Source: a virus
DNA: 64,000 bases
Virus record (IMG/VR): IMGVR_UViG_3300046804_003510
Location: 5,505 to 69,504 of that record
Direction: 5' to 3' (one strand)
Shown: positions 30,610 through 40,222 of the stretch, one piece after another
Layout: each line of letters starts with the position of its first letter
Numbering within the stretch: the first letter of the stretch is position 1
Program-made: the position numbers and the translations under genes
Notes under the pieces: generated by a model
What the model saw: only the letters and a program-made list of their open reading frames with translations
Told to the model about the DNA's origin: nothing
Database searches by the model: none

Positions 30610-31839
30610 ATGAGTGCCGGTAACAACTTACAAGAAATGGAAGTATCTACTAAAAAATCAGTCACCGCTGTAAACAAAGGTGCAAGACCCGCAGAAGGAA
30701 TGCCAAAGTTAGCAGCAGGTTCTGTTGCTGGGCAGTCAGGTTCTTGGGAAGATTTAGGTGGTCCTACACCAACTGGAGAGAATCATCCTCTTGGAGATTC
30801 TAACAAAATCAAAACTCCAGGAGCTACACTTAAGCAAGTTAAGGATGTAGTCACCAAACATGCTAAAGGTGCAGATCCTATGCCAGCTAAAATTGTTGGT
30901 AAACAAGCTAGCTATGGTGAGGATGTTGAATATGATGAGTCTCTGGTAGAAGAAGCAGAGGAAGATGAAGAGGGTGATGAAGAGGGTGATGAAGAAGAAA
31001 GTGGAAAGAAAAAGGGTAAGAAGAAGATGGAAGAAGCTAAGAAGCATAAGAAAGAAAAAGAAGGTGATGAAGAGGATGACGAAGAAGATGATGAGGAAGA
31101 TGATGAGGAAGATCAATATGAAGAGTTTAATCTTGACTTTACTGAAGATGTAAATGCTTTAGTTGGTCAAGAGGAACTTTCAGAAGATTTCAAAGGTAAG
31201 GCATCACTTATTTTTGAAACTGCTGTAAGAACCAAGATTGCAGAAATTAAAGAATCACTGGAATCAAAGTACAATAAAGCTTTAGTTGAAGAAGTTGCTG
31301 CAATCAAAGAAGAATTAACTCAAAGAGTTGATTCATATCTTGAGTATGTTGCTGAAGAGTGGATTGATGAAAATGCTCTTCAGATTGAGAATGGTCTGAA
31401 AGGAGAACTTTCAGAATCATTCATGAGTGGCCTCAAGTCACTTTTTGAAGATCATTATGTAGAAATCCCTGAAGATAGATATGATGTATTAGAAAATATG
31501 GTTATGAGAATAGATGAAATGGAAGAAAAACTCAACGAACAAATCGAAAGAAATGTTCAACTTAATCAAAGACTTAGCGAAGCTGTAAGTGACACTATTT
31601 TTAATGAAGTTACTGAAGGGTTAGCTTTAACTCAGAAGGAAAAACTTGCAGGTCTTGCTGAAAGTGTTGAGTTTGATAGTGAAGAAAATTATCGTGAGAA
31701 GTTGGAGTCTCTGAAGGAATCATATTTCCCAAGAGTTATTGGTACTTCAAGAGATGAGATGCTGACTGAAGAAGCTGTTGAGGATTTTGGACCTCAGATG
31801 AATGCTTACCTCAGAGCAATTTCCAAATACTCTAAGTGA
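30610..31839 (+). CDS. gp22: Prohead core scaffold protein gp22
   Basis: EDLGGPTP, LSEDFK.KA..IFE, VDSYLEYVAEEW, LKESYF; position between gp21 and gp23. Confidence 0.9.
   Translation: MSAGNNLQEMEVSTKKSVTAVNKGARPAEGMPKLAAGSVAGQSGSWEDLGGPTPTGENHPLGDSNKIKTPGATLKQVKDVVTKHAKGADPMPAKIVGKQASYGEDVEYDESLVEEAEEDEEGDEEGDEEESGKKKGKKKMEEAKKHKKEKEGDEEDDEEDDEEDDEEDQYEEFNLDFTEDVNALVGQEELSEDFKGKASLIFETAVRTKIAEIKESLESKYNKALVEEVAAIKEELTQRVDSYLEYVAEEWIDENALQIENGLKGELSESFMSGLKSLFEDHYVEIPEDRYDVLENMVMRIDEMEEKLNEQIERNVQLNQRLSEAVSDTIFNEVTEGLALTQKEKLAGLAESVEFDSEENYREKLESLKESYFPRVIGTSRDEMLTEEAVEDFGPQMNAYLRAISKYSK
30950..31125 (+). repeat. Low-complexity 12-nt tandem repeats encoding Glu/Asp tracts in gp22
   Basis: GAAGAGGGTGAT x2 and GAGGAAGATGAT-like units encoding EEGDEEGDEE and EEDDEEDDEEDDEED. 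Confidence 0.7.
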
Positions 31840-31852
31840 AAACAAACTTAAT

Positions 31853-31860
31853 TATAAATA
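31853..31860 (+). promoter_or_regulatory. T4-type late promoter
   Basis: TATAAATA upstream of gp23, followed by AGGAG SD. Confidence 0.85.
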
Positions 31861-31910
31861 ATTTCAGTTAAAAACAACACATTTAACAAGACAAACAAGG
31901 AGAAAAGCAA

Positions 31911-33377
31911 ATGTTCCTTTCAGAACAATTGCAGAAGAAGTGGGAACCACTCTTAGAGGCAGAAGGTCTTGATAAGATTTCTGACCCTTATAGAAAAGCT
32001 GTTACCGCTGTTCTGCTCGAAAACCAAGAAAGATTTTTAAAAGAGGAAAGAGGTTTCCTGACTGAAACCCCTGGTGGTTCATATGCCAGCTATAATGGTG
32101 CTGGTGGTGCTGCTGGTTTTGGTGGTGGTTATGGTGCTTCTGGAAACCCAGCTGCAGGTCCTGTAGCAGGTTTTGATCCAGTTCTGATCTCACTGATCAG
32201 ACGCTCCATGCCTAATCTGGTTGCATATGATCTTGCTGGTGTTCAACCAATGAGTGGTCCTACTGGACTCATCTTTGCAATGAGAAGCAGATATGTAGAT
32301 CAGCAAGGTAATGAAACCTTCTTCGATGAAGTTGATACTGCATACTCTGGACAAGATAGTGGATATAACACTACTACTGGTGATTACACTGGTGGTTCAG
32401 ATGATGGTGCATCTGTAGGTTTTGGTACTACTGGTTTCCAAGGCAAAGGTGCTCTTGCAGCTCAGAAGACTGATTATGGTTTCAACCCTGCAGACCTGAA
32501 TGCTTCAGGTGCATCTGGTAGAGAATATAGAGTTGGACAAGGTATGTCCACCTATGATGCAGAAAATCTGGGTGCTGGTGATGGTGATCAGTTCAACCAG
32601 ATGGCATTCAGTATTGAGAAACTCTCAGTTACTGCAAAGTCAAGAGCACTCAAGGCTGAATACACTCTGGAACTTGCTCAAGACCTCAAGGCTATTCATG
32701 GTCTTGATGCTGAAGCAGAACTGGCAAACATTCTGTCTTCAGAAATTCTTGCTGAAATCAACAGAGAAGTCATCAGAACCATCTATAAAGTTGCTGAGCC
32801 TGGTGCTCAAGTCAATGTTGCTAATGCTGGTTACTTTGACCTTGATGTTGATTCAAATGGTAGATGGTCCGTTGAGAAGTTCAAGGGTCTCCTCTTCCAG
32901 ATTGAAAGAGATGCAAATGCTATTGCATACAGAACAAGAAGAGGGAAGGGTAATACCATCCTCTGCTCATCTGATGTTGCTTCAGCACTGACCATGGCAG
33001 GTCTCCTGGATTACACCCCTGCTCTCCAGGCAAATCTTAATGTTGATGATACTGGCAATACTTTTGCTGGTGTTCTCAATGGCAAGTTCAAGGTCTATAT
33101 TGACCCATATTCTGCAAACCTTGCTGCAACTCAGTACTATGTTGTAGGTTACAAGGGAACCAATCCTTATGATGCTGGTCTGTTCTACTGCCCATATGTA
33201 CCTCTCCAGATGGTACGTGCTGTTGGTCAGGACACCTTCCAGCCTAAGATTGGCTTCAAGACCAGATATGGTATGGTTGCCAACCCATTTGCAAATGGTC
33301 TTACCCAAGATCTGGGTGCCATCAAGGCAGGTGCAAACAGATACTACAGAAGAGTTGCTATCAAGAACCTCATGTGA
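31911..33377 (+). CDS. gp23: Major capsid protein gp23
   Basis: KWEPLL, LLENQE, FDPVLISLIRR, GVQPMSGPTGLIFAMR, KSRALKAEYTLELAQDLKAIHGLDAE, FQPKIGFKTRYG. Confidence 0.98.
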   Translation: MFLSEQLQKKWEPLLEAEGLDKISDPYRKAVTAVLLENQERFLKEERGFLTETPGGSYASYNGAGGAAGFGGGYGASGNPAAGPVAGFDPVLISLIRRSMPNLVAYDLAGVQPMSGPTGLIFAMRSRYVDQQGNETFFDEVDTAYSGQDSGYNTTTGDYTGGSDDGASVGFGTTGFQGKGALAAQKTDYGFNPADLNASGASGREYRVGQGMSTYDAENLGAGDGDQFNQMAFSIEKLSVTAKSRALKAEYTLELAQDLKAIHGLDAEAELANILSSEILAEINREVIRTIYKVAEPGAQVNVANAGYFDLDVDSNGRWSVEKFKGLLFQIERDANAIAYRTRRGKGNTILCSSDVASALTMAGLLDYTPALQANLNVDDTGNTFAGVLNGKFKVYIDPYSANLAATQYYVVGYKGTNPYDAGLFYCPYVPLQMVRAVGQDTFQPKIGFKTRYGMVANPFANGLTQDLGAIKAGANRYYRRVAIKNLM

Positions 33378-33395
33378 GTTCTGTTTCATATCTTC

Positions 33396-33423
33396 AGGAG
33401 GTCCCAAAAGGACCTCCTTTTTT
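33396..33423 (+). terminator. Intrinsic terminator after gp23
   Basis: AGGAGGTCC-caaaa-GGACCTCCT stem followed by T run; late promoter ATAAATA follows at 33430. Confidence 0.85.
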
Positions 33424-33445
33424 ATTGGGATAAATAGTTCAAAAA

Positions 33446-34000
33446 ATGTCTGCAAACTATTTGAGTAATCAACCATCTAATAGAAATCTTTTATCACCAG
33501 TAGGATTTAAGTTTTCATTAGAGCAAGCACCAAAGGTAGATTTTTTTTCTAACTATTCTGGCATTCCTGCAATCACTTTAGGTTCAGCACTTCAAACTCG
33601 TTATGGTAAAAATATTGATATTCCTGGAGATAAAATGAACTTTGAAGATTTTCGTCTACGTTTTCTTGTAGATGAAAATATGGAAAACTATATGGAAATT
33701 TGGAGTTGGATGACTGGTTTAGGATTTCCATATAGTTTGGAGCAATATGCAGATTTAAGAGATTCAGAAGATACACCAACTGCTCCAAAATTAGATAATA
33801 GAGATTTTTATGAAAGGTCTGATGGAACTCTTAGTATATTAAACAGCAATTTTAATGTTCAATCTCAAGTCATTTTTACAGGTTTATATCCAACTTATCT
33901 TTCTGCATTAGATTTTGATGCAACTTTAGAAGACATTAGATACTTTACTGCAGAAGTCACTTTCAAATATACTTATTATAGAATTATAACTGACCTATGA
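33446..34000 (+). CDS. gp3: Tail completion protein gp3
   Basis: NRNLLSPVGFKF, PKVDFF, IPGDK..F, FLVDENMENY.EI..W, FTAEVTFKYT. Confidence 0.85.
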   Translation: MSANYLSNQPSNRNLLSPVGFKFSLEQAPKVDFFSNYSGIPAITLGSALQTRYGKNIDIPGDKMNFEDFRLRFLVDENMENYMEIWSWMTGLGFPYSLEQYADLRDSEDTPTAPKLDNRDFYERSDGTLSILNSNFNVQSQVIFTGLYPTYLSALDFDATLEDIRYFTAEVTFKYTYYRIITDL

Positions 34001-34428
34001 TTTCTCTTGATGATATTCAGTTGATGTGGAAAAAAGATTCTGAAATCAATATTGATGATTTGCATAACGAATCTTTGAAAATTCCATCTCTTCATGCAAA
34101 ATACTATGAATTATACAACACCTATTCATTACTAAGAAAAAAGGCAGAGACTCAATATAAACAAAAAAAGTTAGAACGATATAACTACTACTCTGGAAAA
34201 TCTACTCCAGAAGTTTATAAAGAAGATCCCTTTCCTTATAAAGTTAGAGATAAGGAAGGTATGCAAAAACATATTGATGCTGATGTAAAATTATCAGAAA
34301 TCTTTATGAAAATTGAATATTATGATACAATATTAAAATACTTAGAAGAAATCATTAAAATGATTTCAGGTAGAACATATCAAATTAAAAACTCAATTGA
34401 TTTTTTGAGATTCCAATCTGGAATGTAA
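33997..34428 (+). CDS. uvsY: Recombination mediator UvsY
   Basis: W.KDS.I, ESLKIPSLHAKY, YYSGK, RTYQIKNSIDF..FQSG. Confidence 0.9.
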   Translation: MISLDDIQLMWKKDSEINIDDLHNESLKIPSLHAKYYELYNTYSLLRKKAETQYKQKKLERYNYYSGKSTPEVYKEDPFPYKVRDKEGMQKHIDADVKLSEIFMKIEYYDTILKYLEEIIKMISGRTYQIKNSIDFLRFQSGM

Positions 34429-34429
34429 T

Positions 34430-35893
34430 ATGTCTGATTTAATTATATCAAAGAAGAATGAGATCTATTTAAAAATACAAGCAGAACCTCATATTTACTA
34501 TGAGTTATCTGACCAATTTACATTTGATATACCTGGGGCAAAATTCATGCCTCAGTATAGAAGTAGACATTGGGATGGAAAGATTCGTCTATTTAATACT
34601 CAAACTGGAGAAGTTTATATTGGATTATTAGATAAGATTATTTCATTCTGTGAAAATCATAATTATACTTTTGAGTTTGAAGAAAACAAATATTATGGTC
34701 TTCCTGGAGAAATGGATGAATCAATCTCTATGGAAGGTGTCAAAGATTATATGAAGAGCATCTGTTCTCATGAACCAAGAGATTATCAAATACAAGGTGT
34801 CCATGATGCATTAAAATATAAAAGAAAATTAATTCTTTCACCAACTGCCTCAGGCAAATCTTTGATGATTTATTCTATTGTTAGAAGATTTACTGAACTT
34901 GGAAAAAACATCCTTCTTATAGTTCCAACTACATCACTTGTAGAACAGATGTATAAGGACTTTGAAGACTATGGATGGAACTCAGAAGTTTATTGCCATA
35001 AAGTTTATGGTGGAAGTGAACGTGTATCAGAAAAACAAGTTACAATATCTACATGGCAGTCTATTTACAAATTAGATAAAACCTTCTTTAAAGATTTTGA
35101 TGTTGTAATTGGTGATGAGGCTCATCAATTTAAATCAAAATCATTAGTATCCATTATGTCTAAAATGCATGATGCCAAATATAGATTTGGGTTTACTGGA
35201 ACTCTTGATGGAAGTCAGACTCACAAATTGGTTCTTGAAGGGTTATTTGGACCAACATATAAACTCATCAAAACCGATGAATTAATTAAGAAAGGATATC
35301 TTTCAAAATTAAACATCAAAGTTCTTCTTCTCAAACATGAACCTCAGAAGTTTGAGACCTATGAAGATGAAGTTCAATATTTAATTTCACATTCTCAACG
35401 TAATAAGTTTATTAAAAATTTGACTTTAGATTTAAAAGGAAATACTTTAGTTCTTTTTAGTAGGGTTTCTACTCATGGTGAACCTTTATATGAACTCATA
35501 AATAGTGACAAAGGTGAAAATAGAAAAGTCTTTTTTATTCATGGTGGTGTGGACACTGAAGAAAGAGAATTAGTTAGAAAAATTACAGAGCAAGAAAGTA
35601 ATGCAATTATAGTTGCATCTTATGGTACTTTTTCTACTGGTATCAACATCAAAAATCTTCACAACATCATTTTTGCTTCACCATCAAAATCAAGAATTAG
35701 AAATTTACAATCAATAGGAAGAGTTCTTAGAAAAAGTAAAGAAAAAGTCTCAGCTACACTTTATGATATTGCTGATGATATTACTTCCAATTCAAAAAGA
35801 AATTATACATTAAATCATTTAGTAGAAAGAATTAAAATCTATAATGAAGAAAACTTTAACTATGAAATTATAACTATTAACTTAAAAAAATAA
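34430..35893 (+). CDS. uvsW: RNA-DNA/DNA helicase UvsW
   Basis: WDGKIRLF, SPTASGKS, DEAH, GFTGT, QSIGRVLR. Confidence 0.95.
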   Translation: MSDLIISKKNEIYLKIQAEPHIYYELSDQFTFDIPGAKFMPQYRSRHWDGKIRLFNTQTGEVYIGLLDKIISFCENHNYTFEFEENKYYGLPGEMDESISMEGVKDYMKSICSHEPRDYQIQGVHDALKYKRKLILSPTASGKSLMIYSIVRRFTELGKNILLIVPTTSLVEQMYKDFEDYGWNSEVYCHKVYGGSERVSEKQVTISTWQSIYKLDKTFFKDFDVVIGDEAHQFKSKSLVSIMSKMHDAKYRFGFTGTLDGSQTHKLVLEGLFGPTYKLIKTDELIKKGYLSKLNIKVLLLKHEPQKFETYEDEVQYLISHSQRNKFIKNLTLDLKGNTLVLFSRVSTHGEPLYELINSDKGENRKVFFIHGGVDTEERELVRKITEQESNAIIVASYGTFSTGINIKNLHNIIFASPSKSRIRNLQSIGRVLRKSKEKVSATLYDIADDITSNSKRNYTLNHLVERIKIYNEENFNYEIITINLKK

Positions 35894-36268
35894 ATGGAAC
35901 AAGAATTCTATGCATCAATTAAATTGGTATCTGGTGAAGAAATATTTGCATTGGTTTCATCTACAGAAGAAGATAATAGAACATTACTTCTTTTAGAAAA
36001 TCCCATTATAATAGAACCAATTTTATCTAAAAATCAGAGCATCGTTAAATATAAAGTTAAACCTTGGATGATGATTCCTGATGATGACATTTATGTAATT
36101 GATATGAATAAAGTTATTACTATGACTGAAATTCACGATGAAACAATTATTAAAATGTATGAGAAGTTTAATAGAACCTCATCTCAAGTATCTTTAGATA
36201 AAAAGATGGGACTCATTTCAAAGGTAGACGAAGCTCGTAAGATGCTCGAAAAACTTTATAAACAGTAG
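35894..36268 (+). CDS. Conserved hypothetical protein (Sm-like fold candidate)
   Basis: FYASIKLVSGEEIFA...PWM motif; conserved position between uvsW and gp55 in cyanophages. Confidence 0.7.
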   Translation: MEQEFYASIKLVSGEEIFALVSSTEEDNRTLLLLENPIIIEPILSKNQSIVKYKVKPWMMIPDDDIYVIDMNKVITMTEIHDETIIKMYEKFNRTSSQVSLDKKMGLISKVDEARKMLEKLYKQ

Positions 36269-36276
36269 CTACACCC

Positions 36277-36307
36277 TATCCTTCATCCTTAACAGAGTGA
36301 TTCTAAT
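36277..36307 (-). repeat. 31-bp repeat copy 1 (inverted relative to 63868-63898)
   Basis: TATCCTTCATCCTTAACAGAGTGATTCTAAT is the exact reverse complement of 63868-63898. Confidence 0.95.
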
Positions 36308-36328
36308 CCTGTATAGATAACTTGTCAA
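36300..36328 (-). promoter_or_regulatory. Antisense sigma70-type promoter
   Basis: Minus strand TTGACA (36328-36323), 17-nt spacer, TAGAAT (36305-36300). Confidence 0.75.
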
Positions 36329-36350
36329 CTCTTTGAATAGAAGGTATAAT
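36322..36350 (+). promoter_or_regulatory. sigma70-type promoter for the gp55 operon
   Basis: TTGTCA (36322-36327), 17 nt, TATAAT (36345-36350). Confidence 0.7.
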
Positions 36351-36386
36351 ATCAGTACCTACTATATCATGGAAACTTAACAATTA

Positions 36387-36863
36387 ATGCAGATATTAAT
36401 GCCAAGGGGAAAAAAGAAATCAGAGCACTATGTAAACAATAAAGAGTTCTATCAAGCTTTAGTTGAATATAATAAGTTAGTTGAAGAGGCAAAAGCAAAG
36501 GGACTTCCAAAACCAAGAATCAGTAATTATCTTGGGGACTGTTTTTTGCGTATTGCCAATCACTTAGCATATAAACCCAACTTTGTGAACTATATGTTCA
36601 AGGATGATATGATTTGTGATGGTATTGAAAACTGTGTTCAATATATTCATAACTTTGATACAACTAGAACTAATCCCTTTGCATACTTTACACAGATTGT
36701 TTATTATGCATTTTTAAGAAGAATTGCTAAAGAAAAGAAACAACTTGAAATCAAATCCAAGATTATTGAAAGGTCTGGATATGATGAAGTCTTCACATCA
36801 GAAGATGGTGATTATGCAGATATGAATACAATCAAAGATAATATCAACTATAGATTTTCATGA
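36387..36863 (+). CDS. gp55: Late-transcription sigma factor gp55
   Basis: HYVNNKEF, YLGDCFLRIA..L...PNF.NY, DMICDGIENC, NPFAYFTQI.YYAFLRRI.KEKKQ. Confidence 0.95.
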   Translation: MQILMPRGKKKSEHYVNNKEFYQALVEYNKLVEEAKAKGLPKPRISNYLGDCFLRIANHLAYKPNFVNYMFKDDMICDGIENCVQYIHNFDTTRTNPFAYFTQIVYYAFLRRIAKEKKQLEIKSKIIERSGYDEVFTSEDGDYADMNTIKDNINYRFS

Positions 36864-37894
36864 AAGTTGCCATTATTACTGATACTCACTTTAACTTTAA
36901 AAAAGGAAATAAAGTTTTTCATGAGTATTTTGAAAAGTTCTATAAACAAGTATTCTTTCCAACATTAAAAAAATATAAGATTGATACTGTCATCCATATG
37001 GGTGATATGTTTGACAATAGAAAGGCAACTGATTATTGGAGTATTGATTGGACTAAAAAAGTTATTTTAGAACCACTTAAGAAATATAATGTTCATGTGA
37101 TTCTTGGGAATCATGACATTTTCTACAAAAATACAACTGAACTGAATAGTCCCATGTTGCTCTTAAATGATTATAAGAACATCAAGGTGTACGATAAACC
37201 AACTACGGTACAAGTTGGTGAACAGAATATTTTATTTGTACCTTGGATTACTCCAGAAGGTGAGCAGGAGACCCTACAAGCAGTTCAAAATACCTTGGCT
37301 AAGGTTTGTATGGGTCATCTTGAATTAAGTGGGTTCTATGTCAATAAAGGCACCTTTCAGCAACATGGAAGAGATAAATCACTTTTCAACAAATTTGAAA
37401 GAGTATTTTCAGGACACTATCACACTAGAAATGATGATGGTAAAATCTTTTACTTAGGAAATCCATATCAGTTGTACTGGACTGACTATAATGATAAAAG
37501 AGGATTTACAATCTTTGATACTGATACCTATGAAGTAATTAAGATTGATAATCCCTTTGAGATGTTTAAAATCTGCAAGTATGATGAAGATAAAATAGAA
37601 GATGATTTAACTTCTTATGAAGGTTGTATTGTTAAATTGATTGTAGAAAATAAAACAGATCAACATAAGTATGAAAAGTTTTTAGATAGACTCATTCAAG
37701 TTCATCCACATGAACTCAAAATCATAGAACACATTAAATTAAATTCTGATTTTGAGGCAGATGAAGTTGTTAAAAATGAAGATACACTGACTCTTTTGAA
37801 AAGGTATGTAGATGAATCTGAAATTAAGTTAAATAAAACTAGGATTAAAGATTTGATTCAATCCATTTATCAAGAGTCATTTCAGTTGCAATAA
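36860..37894 (+). CDS. gp47: Recombination endonuclease subunit gp47 (Mre11/SbcD-like)
   Basis: DTH, GDMFDNRK, GNHD, GHLEL, FSGHYH phosphoesterase motifs. Confidence 0.95.
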   Translation: MKVAIITDTHFNFKKGNKVFHEYFEKFYKQVFFPTLKKYKIDTVIHMGDMFDNRKATDYWSIDWTKKVILEPLKKYNVHVILGNHDIFYKNTTELNSPMLLLNDYKNIKVYDKPTTVQVGEQNILFVPWITPEGEQETLQAVQNTLAKVCMGHLELSGFYVNKGTFQQHGRDKSLFNKFERVFSGHYHTRNDDGKIFYLGNPYQLYWTDYNDKRGFTIFDTDTYEVIKIDNPFEMFKICKYDEDKIEDDLTSYEGCIVKLIVENKTDQHKYEKFLDRLIQVHPHELKIIEHIKLNSDFEADEVVKNEDTLTLLKRYVDESEIKLNKTRIKDLIQSIYQESFQLQ

Positions 37895-38175
37895 TGTATA
37901 TTTTAACTCTCAAAGATGAAGATGATGAAGGTGCATATGCTGTAGAAAATAAGCATGGCGAAAAAGTTCTCTATCTTTTTGAAGAGGAAGATGATGCAAT
38001 TAGATATTGTAGTATGTTAGAAGAACTGGATTACCCAGAATTAGAAATTACAGAAATAAACCCTCAAGTAGCACTCATGGCATGTGATAACTTAAATTAT
38101 CAATATGCTATAATTACTCCTAATGATATTGTGATTCCACCTGATTATGCTGATATTCAAGACTCTAAGATATAA
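37894..38175 (+). CDS. Conserved hypothetical protein
   Basis: EGAYAV...LYLFEEEDDAIRY...ITPNDIVIPP; between gp47 and gp46. Confidence 0.75.
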   Translation: MYILTLKDEDDEGAYAVENKHGEKVLYLFEEEDDAIRYCSMLEELDYPELEITEINPQVALMACDNLNYQYAIITPNDIVIPPDYADIQDSKI

Positions 38176-39868
38176 GAATTTTTTAAGTTCAGGAAACCAA
38201 TTTACAGAAATTGAATTAAACAAAGTCAAGTCCACTCTGATTGTTGGTAGTAATGGTGCAGGCAAGAGCACTATGTTAGATGCTCTTACTTTTGTACTGT
38301 TCAATAAACCATTCAGAAAGATTAGTAAATCACAATTAGTCAACACATCTAACGAAAAAGAATGTGTAGTTGAGATTGAATTTTCTATTGGAAAAAATAA
38401 TTGGAAAATTGTAAGAGGAATCAAACCAGCAATCTTTGAGATCTATAAAGGAAAAACTTTATTAGATCAGGCATCATCATCCACAGACCAGCAAAAGTGG
38501 TTGGAACAGAATGTACTTAAGTTAAATTATAAATCATTTACACAGATTGTAGTTCTGGGTTCTTCCAACTTTGTTCCTTTTATGCAACTTTCTTCTCAAC
38601 ATAGAAGAGAAGTTGTAGAAGATTTGTTGGACATTAAAGTATTTTCATCTATGAATGATGTGGCAAAAGTTAAAATTAAGGAGTTGAAAGATGATATCAA
38701 AGAAACCAACTATAAGAAAGAAAATCGTGAAGATAAAATCCAATCTCAAAAAAGTTTTATTGAAGAGATTCAAAAAAGGAAAGGAAGGGATATCCAAAAC
38801 AAAAAAATAAAAATACAAACTCTTGATGAGAGTGTAGATTTTTTAAATCAAGAAAATTTGAATTTGGAAAAAGAAGTTGAGGCTTGCAATATTACATTAA
38901 AAGAATTAGCATTCTCAGAAGAGAAACTTAGGAAACTTGAGAAACTAAGTATCAAGATTGAACAAAAAATTAGTTCAATTATTGAAGAACATAAATTCTT
39001 TAAGGGAAATAATATTTGCCCTACTTGCACACAAGAAATTAATGATGATTTTAGACTCAATAAAATTGAAGAGATTCAAACCAAAGCTAAAGAAATTAAA
39101 GGAGGACAACAAGAACTTGAACAATCTATTGAACAAGAGAAAAAAATTCAAAAGCAATTCATCAAACTTAGTAAAGATGTATTGGAACTGAACAATGGAA
39201 TCACTCTTAACAATGTTAAAATTTCTCAATTTAGAAAGCAGATCAAAGAAATTGAATCAGAAATTCAAGACCTTACCTCAAAATCTCAAGATAGAGATAC
39301 TGAAAATGCAAAGCTAGAGTCTTTAAACCAATCATTAGAAAATCTTTTAAAAACTCTGTCTAGCAAAAAAGAAGAGTTATCTAACTACGAATTTATTCAT
39401 ATGCTCCTCAAAGATGATGGAGCAAAAACCAAGATCATTCAAAAATATCTTCCAGTTATTAATCATAACTTGAACAAGTATCTGGATATGTTAGATTTTT
39501 GCGTCAACTTTACTTTGGATGAAGAGTTTAATGAAAAGGCTTTGAATCCAATCTATGAAGATTTTTCTTATGAATCTTTTAGTGAAGGTGAAAAAATGAG
39601 AATTGATCTTGCCATTCTTTTTACATGGAGAGAAGTTGCAAAGATTAAAAACTCCATTAATACTAATCTATTAATTTTGGATGAAGTCTTTGACAGTTCT
39701 TTGGATGATTATGGTACAGATTACTTTACTCGAATCATCAAGTATGTTATAGACAAATCTAATGTGTTTGTCATTTCACATAAGAAAGATGAATTGTTAG
39801 ATAAGTTTGACTCTACAATTACCTTTGAAAAAAGAAAAGGATTCAGTGTGATGATTGACTCTTTTTAA
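38147..39868 (+). CDS. gp46: Recombination ATPase gp46 (Rad50/SbcC-like)
   Basis: KNFLSSGN, GSNGAGKST, CPTC zinc hook, FSEGEKMRIDLA, LILDEVFD. Confidence 0.95.
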   Translation: MLIFKTLRYKNFLSSGNQFTEIELNKVKSTLIVGSNGAGKSTMLDALTFVLFNKPFRKISKSQLVNTSNEKECVVEIEFSIGKNNWKIVRGIKPAIFEIYKGKTLLDQASSSTDQQKWLEQNVLKLNYKSFTQIVVLGSSNFVPFMQLSSQHRREVVEDLLDIKVFSSMNDVAKVKIKELKDDIKETNYKKENREDKIQSQKSFIEEIQKRKGRDIQNKKIKIQTLDESVDFLNQENLNLEKEVEACNITLKELAFSEEKLRKLEKLSIKIEQKISSIIEEHKFFKGNNICPTCTQEINDDFRLNKIEEIQTKAKEIKGGQQELEQSIEQEKKIQKQFIKLSKDVLELNNGITLNNVKISQFRKQIKEIESEIQDLTSKSQDRDTENAKLESLNQSLENLLKTLSSKKEELSNYEFIHMLLKDDGAKTKIIQKYLPVINHNLNKYLDMLDFCVNFTLDEEFNEKALNPIYEDFSYESFSEGEKMRIDLAILFTWREVAKIKNSINTNLLILDEVFDSSLDDYGTDYFTRIIKYVIDKSNVFVISHKKDELLDKFDSTITFEKRKGFSVMIDSF

Positions 39869-39883
39869 GAGTAGTGGTAACAT
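39855..39883 (+). promoter_or_regulatory. sigma70-type promoter
   Basis: TTGACT, 17 nt, TGg-TAACAT (extended -10) upstream of 39905. Confidence 0.6.
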
Positions 39884-39904
39884 TAGTAAGTAGTACCCTA
39901 TATT

Positions 39905-40222
39905 ATGTTTGAATTAAAACTTGATATGCCTGATAATAATCAAAATGGATTTTGGAAATATAATGAAGACAAAATCCTGAAACAATTAGAACAGTACATT
40001 TCCAGCACTTACAGTCAACATTATGTTGATAGAACTGGTGGTGGTACAGAACAAACTTTGGATAAAATTAAACACAATCGTCGTGAAGGTTTTTGTGCTG
40101 GTAATGTAACCAAGTACATTGATCGTTATGATACAAAAGGAACTCCTCGTGCTGACCTTTTCAAAGTTCTCCATTATACTATTCTCCTTATTAACCATCT
40201 TAATCTGGTTGAAAACAAATGA
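39905..40222 (+). CDS. DUF3310-like protein (T7 gp1.7 nucleotide-kinase-related family)
   Basis: TYSQHY...QTLD...GFCAGNVTKYIDRY..KG....DLFKVLHY pattern. Confidence 0.6.
   Translation: MFELKLDMPDNNQNGFWKYNEDKILKQLEQYISSTYSQHYVDRTGGGTEQTLDKIKHNRREGFCAGNVTKYIDRYDTKGTPRADLFKVLHYTILLINHLNLVENK

Noticed and set aside
30754-31153. Hydrophobic (minus) and Met/Lys-rich (plus) ORFs over gp22
   Set aside because: Alternate readings of the GAA/GAT repeat tract.
1-34000. Apparent CpG scarcity as restriction-site avoidance
   Set aside because: Cannot be quantified by eye and may simply follow low GC and AGA codon preference; needs a k-mer observed/expected calculation.
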